A stretch of 63,008 nucleotides of DNA, counting the filler, from Asterionella formosa (lineage: Eukaryota), in the NCBI GenBank assembly GCA_002256025.1. It is 22 parts of 22 records of this genome, joined end to end, with 100 filler letters (N's around TTAATTAATTAA, not from the genome) between each part and the next. Parts side by side here need not be neighbours in the genome. Positions count along the whole stretch, not along the records: positions 1 to 1,636 come from NKIB01001667.1; positions 1,737 to 28,361 come from NKIB01001668.1; 20 more parts are not named here. The stretch is one strand, 5' to 3'. The notes under the pieces were generated by a model. That model had not been told where the DNA came from. It did not search any database and saw only the letters and a program-made list of their open reading frames with translations. Every line of letters starts with the position of its first letter. The stretch's first letter is position 1. Below, piece by piece: positions 1 through 12,299 of this stretch. Both the position numbers and the translations under genes were made by a program.

Positions 1-1636
1 CCCGGTGGACACGAGTGGACTCGTCCTATCTCTGGCGCATCACACGACGACGAGACTCTGCGCCTTGATCTCGATGACCTTGGTGGGGAGGTTTGTCTAA
101 TTGATTGGGGACAGGACGAGGGGGAGGCTTTAGTAAGTGCTCCTAATAGACACCTTCAACAACACTTGGTACTTCGTGGAAGTGTCGTCCTAGTGCTACA
201 TCAAGAGAGCATTGCGGCTCCACACGGCAAGCTCTATAGCCGTATGACCTTACTCGAGGGTAATGAATTCGTGCAAGCTCTCCCAGAAATAGCAAAGGAT
301 TTGATTCTTTTCGACATACAGGATATTCCACGAGCATGCAAGGCGATTCAACAGAGCTGGGCCAATGTTGGACTCAATCGACTGACGGGCTGGAATCTTA
401 GCCGCTGTCTCAAGGGTCGCTTGAACGATAGAATCAGCGGAAAGATCCCATCTCATGCTGGCACTGCTGATATACGCCATATCTTTTCCACAGATATCGG
501 ATTGCGTCCAGCTGAGCCTTGTTCCATCAGTGTAGCAGCTACACAGCAGCTTTTAACTCTCCTTTTCGAACACATTTGCTTGACTATTCTGAGCACAAAG
601 GAATTTCGCCATTTGAGCGGAGCTCTCATCACCGAGTCTGACTTGCAGATTCTCGAACGCTGCAATCAAGACTGTATTCATGCTCTCGAGAACATTGTTG
701 GTGTGGACTGCGAGGGCAATCGACTTCAAGGCGACCGCTTGCAGACCGAGCGAAGCCTTCGCGATGCTGGACGACTTTGGAGTGATCACGTTCTTGAGAA
801 TGCTCGAGCGTACGTGATGTCATTCATCTACATAATGGTGACAGTAACAAGTGGCTTCCCGATTGTGACTGGACTTGCAAAAGTGAGCGGACTAGATACT
901 GAGAGGACGTTTTACATCACCCGTTGCTTAGACGCATTGATCTACTTCTTCCTTCCACAGATCAACATAACCATTCTACGTTTGCTGCAAGGACGGAACT
1001 TGTTGCATCGAATGGTAGGTAGAACAGTAATCATCGGAGATATCCCATGGGTTGCGCAGGCAGGCGATGCCTTCCTCTCGAAGATTTTTGCCTGTTCATA
1101 CTCCATCGCTGGAATCAACGTACTTCATGGTAACCCAACCGACCATCTTGTGCATCGCCACACTCATCGTGTTGTTCGTGGGTCTCTTTTGGTGGCAGGT
1201 CGACCAGACGGTCGTCTCCTGGCATTGACATCATCAGAAGCGACCGTGTGTTTGAGCATAAACCAGGCAAGCAGCATCCAATCCCTTGGTGGCACTTGTG
1301 AATCAATCACCATTGGTCACAATCCTGCAGGTATGAGCCTCACCAAGCGCAACATCGTCCTTGAAACGCACCGTCCTCGATTTCTCTGCGAACAATTCCT
1401 TGACCAGTTACAAAGTCGTGACGCATTGTTTAAAGGACTCCCTGAAGACAGCCCGTCTTCGAATACATCCCCTCATTTCTTGTTGGGTGCATATACCGGG
1501 TGGAGAAAGCGCGCTCGTGGAGACCCAGAGGATCGTGTCAATAGTGAAACGAAACACCAACGATTGATCGAACTAATGATAGTCCGAAAGAATCAAAAGA
1601 AACGCCGTATATACAAATACAACTCTGACGTCAACT
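1..1636 (+). CDS. Partial (open at both ends) C-terminal part of a large GlmS-like GATase/SIS-related protein with membrane segments, of a family I recall from cyanobacteria and algae
   Basis: Frame 1 is open from base 1 to the contig end. Motifs RLDLDDLGGEV, DIQDIPRACKAIQQSW, GLRPAEPCSISVAATQQLLT, GRTVIIGDIPWV, HGNPTDHLVHRHTHRVVRG and GRPDGR match my recollection of this family. Confidence 0.6.
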
Positions 1637-1736
1637 NNNNNNNNNNNNNNNNNNNNNNNNNNNNNNNNNNNNNNNNNNNNTTAATTAATTAANNNNNNNN
1701 NNNNNNNNNNNNNNNNNNNNNNNNNNNNNNNNNNNN
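1637..1736. other. Artificial contig spacer N44-TTAATTAATTAA-N44 (first of 21 in the window)
   Basis: The identical 100-nt spacer with six-frame stops recurs at 28362, 30098, 31836, 33570 and so on to 61280. Flanking contigs are about 1630-1638 nt in roughly decreasing size. Confidence 0.99.
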
Positions 1737-2751
1737 ATTGCTATTCCTACATCATTATTGGATCCTATTATTAATTGGTATCATCAGATCTTAGCTCATG
1801 TGGGTATGACAAGATTAAATGCTACAATTGCTACACATTTTTATCACCCTACATTAAAAGCAAGAGTGGAACATATTGTAAGAGTATGTGAAGCATGTCA
1901 ATGTACAAAATTACCTGGTACTGGTTTTGGTGAACTTCTACCCAGGAATGCATTATAATTACCATGGTCAGAAGTTGCAGTAGATCTAATTGGTCCATGG
2001 AAGATAACAGTGGCTGCTCAAACGATTGAGTTTCGCACTCTAACTTGTATTGACACAGTCACCAATTTAGCAGAAATTTCACGCATCACCAATAAAACAT
2101 CAGAATATATTGCAATGAAATTTGAAAATGACTGGTTAACCAGATATCCCCGTCCAGAACGCTGTATACATGACAATGGAGGTGAATTTACTGGTGCCTC
2201 TTTTCTTACACATGTTAATATTGAATGGAATCAAAGATGTGACTACTACAGTAAAGAATCCGCAAGCAAATGCTATCTGTGAACGTTTACATCAATCTAT
2301 CAGCAATAGTCTACGAGTTATGTTAAAGGCTCATCCTCCAATCAACGAATTTCAAGCCCAAAATATTGTGGATACATGTTTTGCAGCTGCGTCATATGCA
2401 GGTCGAGCTACTATTCATAGTATATTACGTATTTCACCAGGAGCATGGGTTTTTCAACGTGATATGATATTAAATATTCCTTTGATTACAGATTTACAAT
2501 TAATACATCAACGTCGACAAGTGATAATTGACGAACGTTTACGTCGTGCTAATTTCCGTTGTCGATCTTATGATTACAAAGTGGGTGACGAGATTTTAAT
2601 ATTATTGGATAATCCTACTACTTTGGATGATCGTGGACGAGGTCCTTATACTATTATTCAAATACATGCCAATGGGACAGTTACTTTTCAACGCACTATG
2701 CACATTACCGAACGAATTAATATTCGTCGTATCAAACCTTTTCATAGTTAA
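1737..2751 (+). pseudogene. Ty3/Gypsy LTR retrotransposon integrase, disrupted
   Basis: HHCC zinc domain (WYHQILAHVG...CEACQ), core motifs VAVDLIGPW, CIHDNGGEF and NPQANAICERLH, and C-terminal GPY...INIRRIKPF. There is an in-frame stop at about 1956 and a frameshift at about 2205. Confidence 0.93.
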
Positions 2752-2769
2752 AAGGTTTCCCTCAAGTGT

Positions 2770-3044
2770 GGGAGAGTGAGCAATCCTGCACATCGATACA
2801 GATACATATAGAGTTAGGGTTATATCAAATACATCGGAATTCAATAATGACAGAACCCGACTAACATCCATTCTATACTTTGATGACAGTTCAGGAAATG
2901 AGTTGTACATAAGGATTAACTTATAAGCTCATATATTCAATAAATACTACTACTTCTAGCTAGATACTTCACTCCGTATGAGGCACCAGTATACAAGGTA
3001 CATACTCCGCCGTACCAGCTGTACCAGTACTCGAGACTTCCTCA
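2770..3044 (+). repeat. Polypurine tract and probable 3' LTR of the Gypsy element
   Basis: GGGAGAG (2770-2776) lies just after the pol stop and is followed by TGAG at 2777. A candidate inverted end CTCA is at 3041-3044; the right boundary is uncertain. Confidence 0.45.
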
Positions 3045-3623
3045 CAAGTACTCCGAGCGAGGTAACATCTTTGTAGGTCATCATAACCAAAAGAATCCTC
3101 CTGTATCGAGGGCATTGCAAAAGGTTGTTTCATTCCTATCAACATGCTCTAGTTTTTGCTTAATTTAAAATGTATATGATGTAAATATAAATCAAAGTCT
3201 ATTGAGGTCTTCTATAAACATCAGTGTGCAGGCGACCAGCTCGTACCCAGATGGCAATTCATATCAATCCTATGTACATGGACAAATAAAACTGATTTGT
3301 GATGGTAGCGGGCAGTGGTTGAGTTTCCGAGAGCGAGGGTACAACAATAGCTATTTGACTAATCTGAGATGAAAATTCAACCAAAAGAAGCGAAAAAAAC
3401 TCAACTCCCAGCGCAACCGGATTGAAATTCTTGGAGGTCACTTCATAATTTCACCACGGTAAAATGTCGATACCGTCAAGGTACCATGATGTCCTGAGTA
3501 GGATAAAACAGTGGTCTACAGGAAAATACTACTTGGGTTGAATTTTACTAATAACAGGTGCATACTCATTTGATCTCTTAATTGCCCCAACGCTGGTGTA
3601 CCACTTTATTATTTTGGTACACA

Positions 3624-3860
3624 GAGGAATGGCTTAGTGGTTAGCACACCTGTTGTGGTGGCAGATTCGATTCCTGCATTCTCCACCTGTCTTTGTCATG
3701 TAGTCCCTAGGGTTCTGGGGGGTGCTGCTGACAAAGAGACAGGTCCTGTTGTACCATACAGATGAATAAAACTGGTACTAATTGGTTCCATTTCTTCATT
3801 TATTTGGGCACGAGTGCAATTCTTGGATAGCTTTAACATACAATAAGATTTGATTGATAC
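3624..3860 (+). mobile_element. Candidate tRNA-derived SINE with 18-bp target-site duplication
   Basis: A-box TGGCTTAGTGG 3630-3640, B-box GATTCGATTCC 3664-3674 inside a T-arm (GCAGA/CCTGC), and GATTTGATTGAT tail. Flanked by TTATTATTTTGGTACACA (3606-3623) and TTATTATTTTGGCACACA (3861-3878). Confidence 0.7.
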
Positions 3861-4649
3861 TTATTATTTTGGCACACACCACTGTACCAGGCACCTACAT
3901 CAAAAAAAGGTACATATGATTCATACATCCAGTTTGTAGAGGCACACCAAGGAGCTCCTCCTTAAAATGATGATCTGTTTTATAGCCCATTCTTACTCGC
4001 CTTTTCAAGGCAATTATTCATTGTGCTGCCTGCCAACAAGACCTGGTGTGATTCCCTAGTTTTGTTAGTGTAGGTGAGTCCCCAATCCCCTTTCACGAAA
4101 TGTGATTGTCTTAGTGTTAGGGGAAACTCCGACCACCTAGGAAGGTGGCACAAGCTGCTTGTAGGGGGGCGAACCCACTATTTCTTGCACACCAGGCAAG
4201 ACTGCTATACTCTAGCTGCATACCTGCTGGTACCAGGTAAGGGGTCTAGTGCGTTAAAACTTAGGTAATAATCGCGCTTGTGCCGGTGGGACACATGGAG
4301 AAAAAGTAAATTAAGTGGGTCTATCACAGATGTTTCTCTCCTCTCCTCTCCACTCGTCTCAATGTATATTCCTGTCTCGCCCTTTTCTTCCTCTATTCTG
4401 AACCTTGTGCCAAGTAGTGCCTTACTAATGTTGCGTCTCTTTCGCTGCTGTTAGTGACACTCTGAACTCGGCGACTATTCCATTTTTTGATTGGTTTTAT
4501 TGTCCTATGCATTTACAGTAACAACGAGAAGGAATGACTTGTTAGCTAGTAATGTTACACTGACAAAACATCACGCCATTCCATCGTATCCTCTTGCTTG
4601 CTTCACTTACCAGAAATCAAAGCAACTGATGAATAAGTCGCACTGTAAA

Positions 4650-4988
4650 AGTAAATTGTCAGCAAATTCTTGAATTTTTAAGCTTCAGGTATCCAATGTT
4701 GTCGAATAAAACTTACCGATTCATTTTCGTTTGCTTAACTTTGAGAGAAGGTTAACGTGTCCGTCAGTTATGTTCCAAGAGAAGTGAATGGGTCCAAAGA
4801 CAAGAGCACTTACATTTTTTTTGGTTTTACATCGGTGCTCCCCAACAAGCGAAACGAGCTATTGAATCAACTGAGAAGAAAGGAACATGCGTTTAGTTTA
4901 CAATTTGTTGTTGTCCTGCCTCCCAACTATTGTCATCCAAGTACCACATTGATGGCTTCATTACCTTAAACATACTCCATCCTTCGAG
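4650..4988 (-). repeat. Dispersed repeat family A, copy 1 (inverted relative to copy 2)
   Basis: Its reverse complement aligns with 11892-12243 and 31532-31835. All three give the ORF-track peptide LPNKRNELLNQLR. Confidence 0.9.
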
Positions 4989-6445
4989 GGTACTCTCTTG
5001 CAGGGAGATGCTCCGAAAGCATGATGTTTTGGTTTGGTGATTATATTCTTATCAAATAGGTTTCAATTTTGAAATGCTAACAAAATTCATGGCGCACCAG
5101 TTGGTCTAACAGAATACAACTTCCAGACTATGGATATTGATGACTTTATTAGGTGGGCGTTCATGCTTTATCGTTTTGCGCAGTCAAAGGACCTTGACAG
5201 GGGAAGCCAAGGATACCAAGTCTGGCGTGATGTTCTTGATTCAGTGTATTTTATAGGCAGGACAAGCCATGGAGGACCATTTCTATCAGGAGACAAATCT
5301 CAGGAGACAAATCTGGTGTGACCAAATTTCAACTCAGTCTTCGAGCACAGTGTGAATTGCAATCACGTTTTGTTGGTTTGCTGATCAATGCCAGTACAGA
5401 AGCATTTTGCTTCTTGGTGCTGAATGAAAAATTCCGATTGCAAACAAAATATTCGGGTTTCAATCCAGATATCCATGAGATTTCAGAGAACGATATTCGT
5501 CATTCTACTGATTTCGCCGACATTGGTGGGAAACCACTTACCAAAAAGTGTGAGGGAAGAAAGATCAGTTTCAAATGGTCTCACAGATCAATGGACTGAT
5601 TATTTACTATTTTATGATAAGGAAATCTAAGATGGACTTTCACAAAAGAATCGATCTGAATATGAAAGGAATCCTAGTGGAATGGCTACATCCACAACAA
5701 ATATCATCTACCCACATTCATACTGCGCATTTCCCAAGGTAAGTGAAGAGGATATGCATCAATATGTTGAACCACTTCAACCAAATGTTCCTGAGAAGAA
5801 TATTGACTACAATGACCGCATTAATCAACGGGACATTGATGACGATGTTGATTTTGAATGGATCTATTAGAATCCCATGCAAACTTAGTAGTTACATCAT
5901 CAATATACTTAGTGAGACTTCTACAATGCAAACCGTATCATAGATGTTAAGAAAGCATTGACACTGCTCTAAACTAGTAGTGCCGCCCGTACTATATGTA
6001 GCGGTATACCTCCATTTTTACTACTATGGTGGAGTGATAATTTCACGACTCTGTATCGTCCAGCACAGCATGTTCGGCCGGAGTGATGCCAAATTGATTT
6101 TTATTAATTCATTTTCATTTTATCCTTTTCATATCCTGACTTTGTCATCATTTGAAATTTGCATTATGTCTTTGTGTACATTGCAATGGTGTTATCTGTG
6201 TAACTACAAATATCGGAAGAACAAATCCCCATCTGAGTCTCACAACCGAAATTGTAGTAACCGTGTTTTTTATGCATATGGTCACCATCGACATTGCATG
6301 CAAGAACATCGAGTTCCTGGAATACATAATGAAACTATGTATTGCAGTATTGCATCGAATCATTCAAGGAAAGAAGTTAATGATGGCAGTGTAACTGCTG
6401 CAGCATTTAGGGACAGTAGACAAGAGGAGATTATGAGTCCTATCT

Positions 6446-7260
6446 TTGAATCAAGTGGCCATAATCAACCATTTCATGACGACAGCGATGATTCAGTTTA
6501 TAACCATATTCAGTTTCAACAAGTTGAACAACTGGACTATATCAGGTGTCCCTAGTAATAAGATTGCGCATGTATCACGGAGTAAGGATGCACCCTTGTC
6601 TCAATTGGTTCATCCTGATATACCGAAGGGGGCCAACTATGTAAAGAGCATTGCGAATTCAGCTATAGAAATAGCAAGAACAAAAAGTCTTGAAGATGGG
6701 GTTGGGCCTAGTTCCATTGTAAGGATTGACTTTTATTATCATGTTAAAATTGAAAGTAACGTTCCCGGCCAAACTACTATTCTCAGATGCCATCCGAAGT
6801 GGAATAATGATTCAAGTGCAGGAATCTCTGGTCGTGAATGGTTTGACTGGGTAGAAGTGAACTGGGAGAAAGGAGATGGATCAAGTTCCTAAACAGTTCC
6901 GGTAGAACTACTTCTTTGGGGAAATGTTATTTTCTCCAACACAACAACCATTCCCTTAGCGTGTGTTTGTTCCTTGAAAAGTTCAACTGAAATGAAAATT
7001 CATAAATGTATGTTTTTTGCAAGAGGAGACACCTTATGCAATGATACAACAGAATTGAGCGTTGTTGAATTTCATAACATACTTTTGGCAGCATTTGTTG
7101 TTCCTGCTTTGAAACCACAGGAATCAAGCCAAGGAAATCTCTGAGACCGCAAGAAGTTTTGGAACACATACGGAAAGATAATTTTTATGTTGCCATGCCT
7201 CCACGTCATTTATGGAAATCAGTCGGATGGGACCAAAAACTAACAAGCGAACGTTGATAA
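6446..7260 (+). pseudogene. Decayed C-terminus of a Plavaka/CACTA-like transposase
   Basis: LRCHPKWN...GREWFDWVEVNW, then a stop, then TVPVELLLWG. This resembles the HP-x-Y...W-x-DW...P motif at the C-terminus of such transposases. Fragmented ORFs continue upstream to about 5000. Confidence 0.45.
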
Positions 7261-7493
7261 ATACACAAGAATAATATAAATAATAGTGATAATATAGTTT
7301 CACATACTAGTTAAGTGATTAGGAGGCTTTCACAAACTACAATGTCCTGGGGAATGATAAGATTGGATGATCCCAATGTTCCATTATTTCTTCTTTTTCA
7401 CTCCCAAAGAAACTAAGACGGTCCTTCTCGTTCTGTCCGAAATTTTTCTCCTCCACTTTTCAGCTGCAGTTCGATATAAGTCTGTAAACTTTT

Positions 7494-9530
7494 TCATTTC
7501 AATTTGATTCCAGAAGGCCTATCATCAGTTACAAAATATTGTTTCAACTTTTTGTCAATTTTGAGGCATCCAGATATGTGGCCAAGAGGTGCATGATTAT
7601 ACCGTTTGAAGGGAGCGACTTTTTCATTCATTTGTTGGCTCATGGATTTCACGTTGACAACATCATCTTTTTTGAAAGATGAATTGCAAGGAAGTCGTGC
7701 AAATACTTCGTTCAACATCTTTAAATCTAAATAGGAGCTCAAGATTTTGTCGATACAAAATTGAAGAACAGTTATTTCCAACTGAAACATATCCTCACAA
7801 ATGTTTGTCGTTGTCACTTGAGGCCAAACTGTTCCAAGATGAAAGTATATTGACTTGGTTGGTGGGTCAGGTGTAACAGAAAACAAATCGTCTGTTCGAT
7901 CTGTTGCTAGCACCTTACATTTTAAAACTTTCCAGGAATCAGTCTCCAAACGGAATTGAGCCCGTTTTCCAAGAAATTTGGTTTTACCATTCCTTTCTAG
8001 ATGCAATAGAGTTTTCATTACTTTCACAATTGTTGTAAATGATCCACACGACCATCCACTATCATCTTCTGGTTGAAATATCATGGAATCATGTTCAGTG
8101 GCCATGATGAGGATCTGCAATGGTTCTTTGGTGCCAGCATAGAAAGATTCCGAGAACCCAATTTCTTCAGGTATCTGGGATTCTTGTGGAAGATATCCTG
8201 TATCGGTGCATAACAATTCCAATTGTTTCGTGAATCCAAGTATGATACAGTGCTTGCAGGCAAGGTGAAATACTTGATCATAATGTTCATCCAAACTTGC
8301 ATCTTTTCCTGGATCACGGCCTTGACAGAATCCATCATTTATAGCAAAAAGATAATGCACAAATGGTTGTTTTCCTCCTCATCTGATCTTTTGCAATAAA
8401 TAATTAGTACATAGTTACTGTCATGATGAAGTGGATGACTATCACCTTGGTATGTAGACGGCTTGTCATAATCCTTTTCTGGGTTGTTGTCCAGATCAAA
8501 TATAACCTTGCCTAACATCAGTTGGATGAAGTTCATGAATTATATAATGGATCATAGAGGTAATTGTTTCAAGGTCCCAATGTGCAAGATCTTTAAAATG
8601 ATCTGAAGATGATTTTTTGATACCTTTGACTCCATAAAATAAAGAGGCGTAATTGCATATTTCTTGTGGGGGTATGTGTGTACAAATCTATCTTTCCACA
8701 ATTTTAGTTGTTCATGCGTTTTCGTCAAATTCAAGGAAAATGCAGTTTGCTTTGCCATAAAAACTCGACACATTTCACATGACGACTCATCACAAAAGTA
8801 GCTGCCTTCTGGATTGTTCTCGATGATTTTACAAAGAAATTAGTTTTCTTTCATCTATGATTTGGAAAATGTTTTTCAATTTCGTGGTGCTTCAAACTTC
8901 GTTTCTGACTCAATGCATCAACTGCCTTAGCCAGCATCACAACTCTGTCTGCATTGATCTTCTTGAATTCAAGGTCTTGATCTAGTGAGGACTTTTTCTT
9001 GAATATCTTTTCTTTTAGAAATGCAATAGTTTCTCTACTTTCATAATGTTCATTTTGATGTTCTGGTCGAATTGTGAGATATATTTCCTAGTTTTGCAAC
9101 TTTTCAACCATTTCTACTTCAGAAGGGATGTCTCCCACATTTCCGCCGGTATTTTCATTCATCGCATGAATTTGTTCATCAAATGAATGAGAATCACTGA
9201 GTTCTTCTTCATTATCAGCGATTTCAGGAGAATGAGAAGCAAAATACGACACTGGATGGAACTGTGACTCTGTAGGGTAAGAGTCTTCATCTATGAAGTA
9301 CAACTGTTTGGGTTTCCTTGGCTCTTCGAAAGAAATCTTTCCTTCTTTTCAATCTCTGCCACTGTTGTATCGGCATACCTCATTATCTTTTCTGGAGTAT
9401 TTTGAATCTGTTCAAATTCATTTGATCTTTGAGTCTATCCAAAGGCATCTTCGATTGATTTCATAAGTTTCTTCATCTTCTTTTCCGAAAACATAAAGTC
9501 GAGTAGTGTAAACAATGGAAGTAAGTCACA
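7494..9530 (-). pseudogene. Fragmented gene of unknown function, convergent with the transposase relic (probable TE accessory gene)
   Basis: A chain of co-oriented ORF pieces (9088-9303, 8552-8773, 8339-8536, 7494-8360) broken by stops and frameshifts. No recognised domain. Confidence 0.45.
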
Positions 9531-10374
9531 TTTCTTGTTTGACTGATCCTTTGCATGAAGTCCATGAAATGTGATTTGGAAAGTTGTCAAAGGGCCAGAA
9601 GACAATGATGTAAAACAGTGGAAGGGAAACGCGGAGCTTATTGTGGCGCCTGTGGAGGTGGAACTGGTGTGATGGTAACCGAGTGTAGTAATTGTTGAAC
9701 AGAGCACAGTGTAATATGCATGTTCCGCCAGCGTAGTGATTACACAATACACATGCTGGCACATATATAGCTAAAACAAGGAAAGACGACACAACAATGA
9801 ACGTGATGGCTGGTTGTTGAGGATACCGGTATGTGATATGCATCAATCTATATCACAAATCATATGATAGTGATGTACATATCAACGCATCTGTATACTT
9901 AGTTCCTATCCACCGTATTATTCTATCATATTAACTGTTGGATTTTACTGTATACATTAAAAGTCGAATATATATATATCAAGTAACATACATTATGATT
10001 TATTTATTTATTTATTTATTTTCTGTGATGTATCGTCGATAACTCTTGCGTACATATTTTATCGTATTTTATTGTCATTGTATTATTTTAACATGATCAT
10101 ATTTTGATCAAAATTATATCATAAATATTTTAAGAAATCATCACAATTCTGTGATCAATGCATCATAGCTATGTGATGTACTTTATTCAATATTACGTAT
10201 CATACTTTGGTGATGTATGCATCGATGTAAACCTATCGTGATATCACATTATCATCTTTTCAATCATGATGAGATGATTGGGAACTGTAGTATTCTGCAT
10301 CGCACTACTGCTGAGTATGATATTATAACACGCACTTAAGTAGCTAAGTCACTCCTGTAATGTACACAAGTCGA

Positions 10375-10900
10375 CAGTGTATGTACACACACGCTAATCA
10401 GGTTTGAGGCAACTGACAGTGGTTCCAACGAGCAAATGACAATACCGTGGGCACCAATTTTTCCAGCAGCAAACCGCAATGATGAAGGACACTTGTCCCT
10501 CTATTGATTAGGATGACATGGACACCGACTTTTCCAGGAGCAAACAACAATGAAGAGAGCCACTTGTCGCTCTATTGACGGTAACAAAGATGCGGGCAAG
10601 TTCAACAGTGAATACAAGAACAACATACAAATGAAAACAAGTTGGCAGTGTGTGTACGCACACGCTAAGCAGGTTTGAGGCCACAGATAGTTCCAACGAG
10701 CAAATGCCGATACGGATATCAAACTTTTCATATGGCAAACCACAATGATAATGATGAAGGACATTTGTCCCTCTATTGTTGATGCTACCGATACCGGGCG
10801 GGTTTTCCATGAGCAAACAACAATGAAGAGAGCCACTTGCTTTTGCTCTCTTGCTGGCATCAAAGATGCGGGCAAGTTCAATAGTAAATACAAGTACAGC
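10375..10900. repeat. Diverged tandem duplication, period about 271 bp
   Basis: CAGTGTATGTACACACACGCTAATCAGGTTTGAGG at 10375 recurs as CAGTGTGTGTACGCACACGCTAAGCAGGTTTGAGG at 10646. GAGCAAACAACAATGAAGAGAGCCACTTG also occurs twice. Confidence 0.9.
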
Positions 10901-11891
10901 ATGCCAAATGCAGAAACGAGCGATATGAAAAAGAAATTGTAATCAGAATCATTCTATAACTATAGCTATGTGGACATTTAGTCTGCTACATTTTCGTATC
11001 TCCTTCTATGCTGAATCTCAATAGTAGATGTAGTATCATGTCAGAATTGAAAATGTCAACAAGAATAAGAAGAATGTGTTTGTTTACAAGTTGATTTGCG
11101 AGATTTTTCATGGTGGTGGTTGACAAAATCGATCTGCTTTTGGCGCTGTGTGCGGAACCATTCAAAGCTCGAATGATTTCTTCTATGTAAACTCTTAATT
11201 GAATGATTATGAACATAGTTTCACTGCACATGACCATTACTCAAATATATAATGATCACTTGACCAACAATTGAAGATGTCGTCATTGCAAACAATCATT
11301 CCACTTGTCATCGCTAGTATTTGGTTGTTGTTGCAAAAATCGGAGTGATGACGGATGAAAATGACAAGCCAAATTACATTACTTTAGCTGGTACATTATC
11401 CTACCAAGAAATTCAAATACAGGATCCTACAATACATATAATTATTTAAGATACATAGTCAAAAGGGCTACTATATAAATTTGATGGGCAGTTATCGAAA
11501 TTATTAAATGATAAAACGAAAAATTATGATCAGGTGATCACATTTCTATGTTGCATCATGGAAATATAATAGTTTTTATTTGCAGACGCAGTTGCTGGGG
11601 AAAGACCCTGTCGCTCATGTACCTCACCAAATTCATCACGAATTTAACCTGCCCACCTCTTGAGCGTTACCACATCAATTTTATTATTCGAGACTGGAAG
11701 ATGCATGGATAGCATAACATCTCATTCGAGATAGAGCTAAGGATCTGTGACATGACTTCCTGGAAGAGCTTTGAGGGACGCTGCCGCAAAGAAGGATAGA
11801 ACCAAAGGGCAAATATTGAAAAAGATTCAAACATCAGAGTACATGCAATGTTTATGGCATCGATTACGAAAGTATGGCTTCAACACGCTGA

Positions 11892-12243
11892 GCCTTCGAA
11901 GGATGGAGTATGTTTAAGGTAGTGAAGCCATCAATTGGATACTTGGAGGACAATAAGTTGGGATGCAGGACAACACCAAATTGTAAACTAAACGCATGTT
12001 CCTTTCTTCTCAGTTGATTCAACAGCTCGTTTCGCTTGTTGGGAAGCACCGATGTAAAACAAAACAAAATTGGTAAGTGCTCTTGTCGTTGGACCTATTC
12101 ACTTCTGTTGGAACATAACTAACTGACGGACACGTTTACCTTCTCTCAAAGTTAAGCAAAAGAAAATGAATCGGTAAGTTTTATTCGACAACATTGGAAA
12201 CCAGAAAGTTACTTATTCAAGATTTTGCTTACTGACAATTTAC
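11892..12243 (+). repeat. Dispersed repeat family A, copy 2, with intron-like GT-AG segments
   Basis: Aligns with copies 1 and 3. Donors at 11919, 12073 and 12174; acceptors at 12013 and 12151. Confidence 0.9.
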
Positions 12244-12299
12244 TAAACATTAAATAATTTCTTTTATCAAGCGCCTTATTGCTACTCTGTGATTGGTAG

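Noticed and set aside
3624..3685. Functional tRNA-His gene
   Set aside because: Too short between the A and B boxes, anticodon and acceptor stems are imperfect, and it sits inside a TSD-flanked insert.
4650..12243. Inverted family A copies as TIRs of a 7.6-kb transposon
   Set aside because: A third copy occurs elsewhere, homology of copies 2 and 3 extends past the end of copy 1, the repeat has intron structure, and no TSD was found.
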